Assembly (NCBI RefSeq): GCF_039541875.1
Contig: NZ_BAABHB010000017.1
Location: 106,538-130,537, forward strand
Direction: 5' to 3'
Length of the DNA: 24,000 nucleotides
DNA from: Nibrella viscosa
Lineage (GTDB): Bacteria; Bacteroidota; Bacteroidia; Cytophagales; Spirosomataceae
Made by a program: the position numbers and the translations under genes
The notes under the pieces: generated by a model
Databases searched by the model: none
Told to the model about the DNA's origin: nothing
Seen by the model: only the letters and a program-made list of their open reading frames with translations
Part shown: one piece after another, positions 7,435 through 14,071 of the stretch
Numbering within the stretch: position 1 is the first letter of the stretch
Layout of the letters: every line of letters starts with the position of its first letter

Positions 7435-8964
7435 ATGAAATTTAACCAATCTGCCACCGAGAAAGCCGAAACCGTAAACCACGAGGGGGCCAAAGCGTAT
7501 GCGATGACACCGGCGTTGGAACTTTACTCGGCCGTAGCGACCACCATGCTGTCGGATATAAGTTACGAAAGCGCTTTCCACCGTCTGGCCCGCATTCGGA
7601 CTCTGGTCAGAAAGGTAAGCCCGACATTTGTAGCACAATTGGCCTTGTATGCCCGTGAACAGTTGTACCTACGCTCGGCACCGGTGGTCCTGATTGGCGA
7701 ACTGGCAAAACACCACCACGGCGACAGCCTGATTAGCCGGACGGTGGCCCGTGTAGTGCAGCGCCCCGATGAAATTACCGAATTGCTGGCCTACTACCAG
7801 CTGACGAATAATCGCCAGGAGACTAAAAAGCTTGGACGCCTGTCGAAGCAACTCCAGAAGGGGCTGAGGATCGCGTTTAACAAGTTTGACGAATATCAGT
7901 TTGCCAAGTACAACCGGGCCGCCCAGGTTAAACTCCGAGACGCCCTGTTTCTTGTTCACCCAAAAGCGAAGGATGAAGCCCAGCAGGTCATTTTTGACCG
8001 AATAGTAACCAATACGCTTCAACCGCCGTACACCTGGGAGAACGAACTCAGTTCCCTGGGAAAACAGCCGTTTGCCGATGAAGCCGCTAAGAAAACGGCT
8101 TTCCGGAATAAGTGGGAGGAGCTTGTGGCGAGTGGCCGGTTAGGCTATATGGCCACCTTGCGCAACCTACGTAATATGCTTGATGCGGAAGTTAGTGTAG
8201 CTACCATACAACGCGTTTGCGATCTGCTGGGCGATGCCGCTGCCGTAGACCGGGCTAAGCAGTTGCCTTTCCGCTTCCTGGCCGCCTACCGCGAAATCAA
8301 ATCGGTTAAATCTGGACATGTGGCTATGCTGAACGATGCCCTGGAAACGGCTTTGCAACTCAGCGTGGCAAATTTGCGTGGCTTTACAGCCGAAACACGG
8401 GTAGTGATTGCCTGCGATGTGTCGGGTTCCATGCAGGTTTCCGTATCGGCGAGAAGCAAGGTGCGTCTGTATGATATTGGTCTGTTGCTGGGTATGTTAC
8501 TGCAGTCGAAGTGTAAAAATGTGTTATGCGGGCTTTTCGGCGACACCTGGAAAACGGTCAATCTGCCGGGGCGTAATGTGCTGGCCAATGTGGAGGAGCT
8601 TTACCGGCGCGAAGGAGAAGTAGGCTACTCGACTAATGGTTATCTGGTGATCGACGATCTGATAAATCGGAACTACATTGCCGACAAAGTAATGCTTTTT
8701 ACAGACACACAGCTTTGGGATAGCCGAACCAACAATATGAGCCAGGATAATACAATTGAGGCTAAATGGGCCGCTTATAAACAACTGGCTCCGAACGCCA
8801 GCTTGTATCTGTTTGACCTGGCCGGCCACAAAAATGTCCCCCTGCAAGTGGAAAGTAACGACGTGTATCTGCTGGCCGGCTGGTCCGACAAAGTGTTCGA
8901 CGTTCTGCAGGCGCTGGAGGATGGGGAATCGGCCCTGTCGAAAATTGAAGCAATTTCTCTGTAA
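7435..8964 (+). CDS. rsr: Ro60-related protein (Rsr): TROVE domain + vWA domain
   Basis: Motifs match Deinococcus Rsr/Ro60 from memory: VHPKAKDE (AHPKTDD), LRNLRNM (LRNLGNL), vWA MIDAS VIACDVSGSM (LLALDVSGSM), LFTDTQLWD (VYTDNETW), and C-terminal LLAGWSDKVFDVL. I prefer the ATG at 7435 over the ORF-track TTG at 7417, which overlaps the upstream gene. Confidence 0.9.
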   Translation: MKFNQSATEKAETVNHEGAKAYAMTPALELYSAVATTMLSDISYESAFHRLARIRTLVRKVSPTFVAQLALYAREQLYLRSAPVVLIGELAKHHHGDSLISRTVARVVQRPDEITELLAYYQLTNNRQETKKLGRLSKQLQKGLRIAFNKFDEYQFAKYNRAAQVKLRDALFLVHPKAKDEAQQVIFDRIVTNTLQPPYTWENELSSLGKQPFADEAAKKTAFRNKWEELVASGRLGYMATLRNLRNMLDAEVSVATIQRVCDLLGDAAAVDRAKQLPFRFLAAYREIKSVKSGHVAMLNDALETALQLSVANLRGFTAETRVVIACDVSGSMQVSVSARSKVRLYDIGLLLGMLLQSKCKNVLCGLFGDTWKTVNLPGRNVLANVEELYRREGEVGYSTNGYLVIDDLINRNYIADKVMLFTDTQLWDSRTNNMSQDNTIEAKWAAYKQLAPNASLYLFDLAGHKNVPLQVESNDVYLLAGWSDKVFDVLQALEDGESALSKIEAISL

Positions 8965-9148
8965 AGCATGCTTTCCCTAAATCAGTTGTGTAAAATTCTA
9001 TTTAGAATGATACGTTTCGGATAAGATGTTCAGGCAGAGTTACCATATATTGTTCGGATACAGTGGCTTATTTAACGGCACCTGTTTTTGGGAATTCTGA
9101 CGGTATTGCTTAAACTTGTACGGATAATCCCATGTGGATGCTCAATAC

Positions 9149-9156
9149 TAAGTTTG
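9149..9156 (+). promoter_or_regulatory. Possible Bacteroidota-type -7 promoter element (TAAGTTTG = TAnnTTTG)
   Basis: This is an exact match to the TAnnTTTG -7 consensus, ~65 nt upstream of the Y-RNA-like fold. No well-spaced -33 TTG is present (the nearest TTG, 9116-9118, is ~30 nt away). Confidence 0.25.
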
Positions 9157-9221
9157 TGATTTCCACAACAGGAGTCTTCGGGTTACAAAATTGACCTGCT
9201 CAACCCACATCATACATTACT

Positions 9222-9361
9222 GAAAAATAGCCGGTGCCGTAGAAACGGGTTACTCCGGGTGTAAGTGGCGCAGGTTCGAATCCTGCCGCTCTTTTAGAGT
9301 GTAGCATAGCGGTCAGTGCGCTTATAATGTACCTGCTTCGTCTGTCGCCCGGCTATTTTTC
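9222..9361 (+). ncRNA. yrlA: Y RNA-like ncRNA (YrlA type) with a circularly permuted tRNA-like domain
   Basis: A 13-bp perfect terminal helix joins 9222-9234 to 9349-9361. The T-arm is GCAGG-UUCGAAU-CCUGC (9270-9286). The acceptor-like hairpin is CGCUC..GAGUG (9287-9301), followed by UA. The D-arm is GCAU-AGCGGUCA-GUGC (9304-9319). An anticodon-stem-like helix pairs 9261-9265 with 9321-9325, and 9248-9253 pairs with 9329-9333. The element lies 258 nt downstream of rsr on the same strand. Confidence 0.65.
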
Positions 9362-9368
9362 TTTGCAT

Positions 9369-11087
9369 ATGGTATTCTACCGCTCTCTCGCTGTCGTTGC
9401 CATGCTGACTCACCTGTTGACTACATCATCTGGTCAATCTCCAGTTCCCCCACTGGCCCAGTCCCAGCTGGCTGGCCATACGGAAGAAATCGTTTCAGTA
9501 GCCTTTAGTCCGGACGGCTCGCGACTGCTGTCGGGCAGCTACGATAATACCCTCAAACTTTGGGACGCTCAGACAGGAGCCGTGCTCAGAACATTTACGG
9601 GCCATAATAGTATCGTTTTCTCCGTCGCCTTTAGCCCCGATGGTCGGCGGTTGCTCTCCGGAAGCAACGATGGCACCCTGAAACTCTGGGATGCCCAAAC
9701 CGCAGCTTTGATTCAAACCCTGGTCGGCCACACCGATGGGGTCCTATCGGTGGCCTTTAGCCCAAATGGCAAACGGCTGTTATCAGGCAGTAAGGATGAA
9801 TCCCTCCGAATTTGGGATGCCCAGACCGGGACACTCCTGCAAACCATTACCGGGCATACAGGCTCGGTATTGTCGGTAGCGTTCAGCCCCGATGGTCGCC
9901 AGGTACTTTCCGGGGGCGAGGATAGCACGCTCAGGCTATGGGATGCTTTAACCGGCCGGTTGGTCAGGACAATGCCTGGTCATAAGCATTGGGTAGGCTC
10001 AGTAGCGTTCAGCCCCGATGGAAGGACGCTTTTATCCGGGAGCCGGGACAGAACCCTGAAGCTCTGGGATAGGCAAACCGGAGCCTTGTTGAAAACCCTG
10101 ACGGGACATGAAAGCAGCGTGTTGGCGGTCGCCTTCAGCCCCGACAGCCGTCGGCTGGTGTCAGCGAGTCATGACAATACCCTTGTACTATGGGATGCGC
10201 ACTCGGGAAAAGAACACCTAATACTGACAGGACACGATGAGCCAGTTGGTGCAGTGGCCTTTAGCCCCGATGGCCACCGTATTCTTTCGGGGGGTAGGGA
10301 TACCATGTTGAAGCTCTGGAATGCCCGGACAGGCCAGGTAATCCAGACGTTTTCCGGAACTATTTCCCCGGTTATTGCAACAGCTTTTAGCCCTGATGGT
10401 AGTCAGTTGATCACGGGTTGCGGGACCAATATGCTCCGGATCTGGGATAAGAACACGGGTGCCCTTACGAAAACACTGACCGGCCACACGCTGGGTGTTT
10501 CGTCCATTTCCCTCAGTGCGGATGGCAGCCGCTTGCTGTCGGGGAGTTATGATAAAACTCTCCGACTGTGGGATGCACAGACAGGACGTCTGCTCAAAAC
10601 CATTTCCGGACAAAGCACCCGAGTGCTGTCGGTGGCGCTTAGCCCCGACGGTCACCAATTAGCGTCAACTGAATGGGACAACACCTTCAAGCTCTGGGAC
10701 GCCGACACTGGTACCCTGCTGAAGACGTTTACGGGCTATGACGGAAAGGTCATAGCAGTAGCCTTTACGCCCGACGGGAAGCAGCTTTTGTCGGGTAGCC
10801 GGGATCATACTCTAAGGCTGTGGGACGCCCAGACAGGCAACGTGATTACCTCCGTTGTCTCTGAACTCCCCGCCAAAAGCTGGTTGTTTTTAGACGGAGG
10901 CCATCAGGTGCTTGTCATTACGGAGGCCAATACCCTAGAACTGCGAGAAATAAGTACCCTTAACTTGGTAAAGGAATACGAAAACACTGGATTTTTCACT
11001 GATATGACCTACCAGCCTCCACTAACGCCAGATGGGCGGTACGAGATTTATATGTATTACCGGTCTGCTTTTCTCCGAAAGCGATGA
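9369..11087 (+). CDS. Signal peptide + 11 WD40 repeats + conserved module; caspase-less paralog
   Basis: I moved the start to the ATG at 9369 (MVFYRSLAVVAMLTHLLTTSSGQSP.., which matches the paralog N-termini), because 9327-9361 forms the 3' strand of the RNA fold. There are 11 units of GH...V.SVAFSPDG..LLSGS.D.TL.LWDAQTG. The protein ends YEIYMYYRSAFLRKR-stop directly after the conserved module, with no C14 domain. Confidence 0.8.
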   Translation: MVFYRSLAVVAMLTHLLTTSSGQSPVPPLAQSQLAGHTEEIVSVAFSPDGSRLLSGSYDNTLKLWDAQTGAVLRTFTGHNSIVFSVAFSPDGRRLLSGSNDGTLKLWDAQTAALIQTLVGHTDGVLSVAFSPNGKRLLSGSKDESLRIWDAQTGTLLQTITGHTGSVLSVAFSPDGRQVLSGGEDSTLRLWDALTGRLVRTMPGHKHWVGSVAFSPDGRTLLSGSRDRTLKLWDRQTGALLKTLTGHESSVLAVAFSPDSRRLVSASHDNTLVLWDAHSGKEHLILTGHDEPVGAVAFSPDGHRILSGGRDTMLKLWNARTGQVIQTFSGTISPVIATAFSPDGSQLITGCGTNMLRIWDKNTGALTKTLTGHTLGVSSISLSADGSRLLSGSYDKTLRLWDAQTGRLLKTISGQSTRVLSVALSPDGHQLASTEWDNTFKLWDADTGTLLKTFTGYDGKVIAVAFTPDGKQLLSGSRDHTLRLWDAQTGNVITSVVSELPAKSWLFLDGGHQVLVITEANTLELREISTLNLVKEYENTGFFTDMTYQPPLTPDGRYEIYMYYRSAFLRKR

Positions 11088-11445
11088 AGTTGCCAACCAC
11101 TATTCCTTCGGGAAGTGACTGCGGCTATTAGCTGAAGGAGAAATGATCGGTGGAGATTCTGTAGTCAAAACGAGGTATTTAACTGCTGTCTAAAAGCCAG
11201 TTAATACACTGGCTAAAGTACAACCTGTGGCTCACGATGAACAAAAGAACGGTCAATATAGCCGAGAATGCCTCTGATGCCTACCTTGCATTTATGGCTG
11301 ACAAAAAGATAAATGGTTATAAACTATATGCCTTAAGTTGGTAACATAGCACCCGTAGAAAGTCCAAGCTCATGCGGCTCGCCAACGCTCATACACATTT
11401 ACGGTTTGTATTGGAAAACAATCACTTATATACTGCCAAAGTCTT

Positions 11446-13935
11446 ATGTCGTTCATGCGTTATCACTTTTTCGGTGGGCTGATTGTTTTGGTCGGATTGC
11501 TTGTTTCAGCGTCCAGTCTCGCCCAAAGCCCAGAACTTTCCCAATCGCCTTTGGCGGGGCATTTAGGTTCCGTCAATTCAGTAGCTTTCAGCCCTGATGG
11601 GCACATACTCATTTCTGGGGGAGAAGGTATTCTCAAGCTATGGGACGTCAGTTCCGGTAAGTTGCTCAAGACCTTTACGGGTCACACAGGCTTGGTGAGT
11701 TCAGTGACTTTTAGCCCCGATGGTACGAAACTGCTGTCGGGTAGTTGGGACAAGACCATTAAGCTTTGGGATGTGGGCACCGGTAGGCTACTGAGGACGT
11801 ATGCGGATCACAGCGGTTGGGTGAGCTCGGTGTCTTTTAGCCCCGATGGAAAGAAATTGGTGTCGGGTAGTTGGGACAGCACCCTCAAACTCTGGGATGT
11901 GGACACCGGTACCTTATTGAAGACCTTTACTGGTCATAGTGATGAGGTCAGGTCAGTCGCCTTCAGCCCTGATGGTACGAAACTGCTGTCGGGTAGCTGG
12001 AACAGCACCCTCAAACTCTGGGATGCCAATACCGGAATTCTGCTTAAAACTATTACAGGACATACTGAGGGCATCCTTTCGGTCGCTTTCAGCCCCGATG
12101 GAAAAAAATTACTGTCGGGTAGTGCTGACAAGACCCTTCGGCTTTGGGATGCTAGCACCGGTACTCTGTTGAAAACCTTCACTGGTCATGAAAGCAACGT
12201 AATATCAGTTGCCTTCAACCCCGATGGTACGAAACTGCTGTCGGGTAGCTCTGATGTTGATGGTACACTCAAGCTTTGGGATGCCAGCACCGGTATCCTG
12301 TTGAAAAGTCTTAACCACAACAGCAACGTAGAATCAGTAGCTTTCAGCCCTGATGGGAAGAAGCTGCTGTCGGGTAGCTTTGATAAGACACTCAAGCTGT
12401 GGGATGCTAGTACCGGTACCCTATTGAAGACTTTTGCCGGATTTCCTGATTCCCCCTGGACAAACTCTGTCGTATTCAACCTTGATGGCACAAGATTAAT
12501 ATCTTGTACCGGTTATGAATCCTCATTCAAGGTTTTGGATGCCAAGACGGGCACCTTGCTGAAGACCTTTACTGGTCATAGTGATGAGGTCAGGTCTGCC
12601 GCCTTCAGCCCCGATGGAAAGACATTACTCTCGGGTAGCGATGACAGGACACTTAAGCTCTGGAATGCCGACACCGGCACACTGCTCAAGACTTTTACTG
12701 GTCACAGTGGTTCGGTAAGTTCAGTGGCTTTTAGCCCCGATGGAAAGAAACTGCTGTCAGGGAGCCGGGACAGCACCCTCAAACTATGGGATGCTAATAC
12801 AGGTACTCTGTTAAAGACCTTTACCGGTCATAGCGATGAGGTCAGGTCAGTCGCCTTCAGCCCCGATGGAAAGAGATTACTCTCGGGTGGTAGGAACAAT
12901 ACCCTCTGGCTCTGGGATGCCCGTACTGGCACCCTGCTGAAAACAATACATACCACAACTATTCCAGTGGGGTTGCTCTTTTTGCCGGGTGGGAACCAGG
13001 TGCTGGTTATTACCGAAGCCAACGTGCTTGAACTTCGCGAAAGGGCCACATTAGAGCTATTAGCAACCTACGAAAACACTGCCTATTACACCGACTACAA
13101 CTACCAGCCCCCACTTACGCCCGATGGGCAGTACGAAATTTATGTCTATTACCAGTCGGCTTTTCTAAAGAAGGTTCCGTCCACTGTCAACGTAGCCACC
13201 AATTCACCTGTTGTTGTACCCCAGCAAGTAGTAGCACAACCCGGACCCGTGCCAGCACTGCACAACCGCCACGCCTTAGTTATCGGCAATTCCACCTATA
13301 AACATGGCTCTTCTCTAGAAAACCGGCCCGTCAATGATGCCAGCGATATGGCTGCCCGGCTGAAGGCGCTTGGCTTTCAGGTTAACCTGGTTACCGACGC
13401 CGGAAAAGCCCAGGTCGAGCAGGCTATCGGCCAGTTCAGCAAGGCCGCCCAGAACGCTGACGTTGCCCTGTTTTTCTACGCAGGGCATGGTGTAGAGGCA
13501 GAAGGGGTGAACTACCTCATCCCGACCGATGCCCGCTTAGATGATCCTGAGGACGCTCGCCTGCAAGCGATCTCCCTGGATCTGGTCTTGAGTGAAATGA
13601 AACGCTACAGAACCAAGCTCAACCTGGTTTATCTGGATGCCTGCCGCAACAACCCCTTCCGGTCCTGGAGCCGCGATGGCGGGGGGCGGGGCTTTAAAAC
13701 CGTAGGCCAACTGGCCCAGAGCACCAAGGTGTACTACGCCACTCAACCCGGCGAAGTAGCCCAGAACGGCAATAGCCGCAATGGGGTTTTCACCTCGGCA
13801 CTACTAAAGCACCTTCAGGCGGGGATAGAAATTGAAGACCTCATGCGGCAGGTCACTGTCGAGGTCATCACAAACACCCGCAACAATCAACAGCCCTGGT
13901 CAGCCGGGACGCTGCTAACCAAGTTTGTCTTCTAA
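11446..13935 (+). CDS. Signal peptide + 11 WD40 repeats + conserved module + caspase-like (C14) domain protein
   Basis: 829 aa with N-terminus ..SASSLA QSPELSQSPLAGH. It has 11 WD40 units with very high internal identity. The module LELRERATLELLATYENTAYYTD..TPDGQYEIYVYY lies at nt ~13027-13173 and is followed by a Pro/Val-rich linker. The C14 motifs are ALVIGNSTY..VNDA..FFYAGHG..VYLDACRNNPF. Confidence 0.9.
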   Translation: MSFMRYHFFGGLIVLVGLLVSASSLAQSPELSQSPLAGHLGSVNSVAFSPDGHILISGGEGILKLWDVSSGKLLKTFTGHTGLVSSVTFSPDGTKLLSGSWDKTIKLWDVGTGRLLRTYADHSGWVSSVSFSPDGKKLVSGSWDSTLKLWDVDTGTLLKTFTGHSDEVRSVAFSPDGTKLLSGSWNSTLKLWDANTGILLKTITGHTEGILSVAFSPDGKKLLSGSADKTLRLWDASTGTLLKTFTGHESNVISVAFNPDGTKLLSGSSDVDGTLKLWDASTGILLKSLNHNSNVESVAFSPDGKKLLSGSFDKTLKLWDASTGTLLKTFAGFPDSPWTNSVVFNLDGTRLISCTGYESSFKVLDAKTGTLLKTFTGHSDEVRSAAFSPDGKTLLSGSDDRTLKLWNADTGTLLKTFTGHSGSVSSVAFSPDGKKLLSGSRDSTLKLWDANTGTLLKTFTGHSDEVRSVAFSPDGKRLLSGGRNNTLWLWDARTGTLLKTIHTTTIPVGLLFLPGGNQVLVITEANVLELRERATLELLATYENTAYYTDYNYQPPLTPDGQYEIYVYYQSAFLKKVPSTVNVATNSPVVVPQQVVAQPGPVPALHNRHALVIGNSTYKHGSSLENRPVNDASDMAARLKALGFQVNLVTDAGKAQVEQAIGQFSKAAQNADVALFFYAGHGVEAEGVNYLIPTDARLDDPEDARLQAISLDLVLSEMKRYRTKLNLVYLDACRNNPFRSWSRDGGGRGFKTVGQLAQSTKVYYATQPGEVAQNGNSRNGVFTSALLKHLQAGIEIEDLMRQVTVEVITNTRNNQQPWSAGTLLTKFVF
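11557..12954 (+). repeat. Intragenic tandem array of ~126-bp (42-codon) WD40 coding repeats with near-identical units
   Basis: For example, gaagacctttactggtcatagtgatgaggtcaggtc is identical at 11919-11954 and 12561-12596, and nearly identical again at ~12826. Strings such as cagcaccctcaaactctgggatg recur at ~11878, ~12003 and ~12773. Confidence 0.85.
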
Positions 13936-14071
13936 CCACTTGGGTTATATGTGCTTTCTCACTTGAGCAAAAAATTTTGCCGCTACTAATAAGGTTAGCT
14001 GTCCAATCCCTATCTACGCTCAGGTTGGTGCATGTAAGGCACCTGCCCATATCAGAATTTGACGAGTTCTC

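Noticed and set aside
9261-9325. Canonical tRNA gene, or a tRNA 3'-fragment marking an integration (att) site.
   Set aside because: A perfect T-arm and D-arm are present, but the order is T-arm, then acceptor-like hairpin, then D-arm. There is no anticodon arm, and the acceptor strands are joined by a loop, so it cannot be a normal tRNA. An att remnant would not be followed by a matching D-arm. No integrase or direct repeat copy is visible. The permuted layout fits a YrlA-type Y RNA instead.
9327-9368. ORF-track start codon (ATG 9327) for the WD40 gene, and TTG 7417 for the Ro60 gene.
   Set aside because: The region 9327-9361 forms the 3' strand of the RNA fold, and the extra 14 residues (MYLLRLSPGYFSLH) precede a better signal-peptide start at 9369 that matches the paralog N-termini. 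TTG 7417 overlaps the upstream gene, and an ATG follows 6 codons later (7435).
11195-11214. Hairpin agccagt-taatac-actggct, considered as a terminator of the caspase-less WD40 gene. A 5-bp hairpin at 14016-14032 was considered similarly.
   Set aside because: The stems are short (7 bp and 5 bp), no U-tract follows, and the first lies >100 nt after the stop. This is not enough to call a terminator.
11557-12954. Regular ~126-bp periodic repeats that could superficially resemble a CRISPR or other non-coding array.
   Set aside because: The repeats are in-frame 42-codon WD40 units inside a long ORF. There is no repeat/spacer alternation and there are no cas genes.
14020-14071. Sigma-54 (RtcR-type) promoter upstream of rtcB, around aaggcacctgcccatat.
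   Set aside because: A GGCAC is present, but there is no correctly spaced (GG-N10-GC) -12 TTGC element. No RtcR-like activator gene is in the window.
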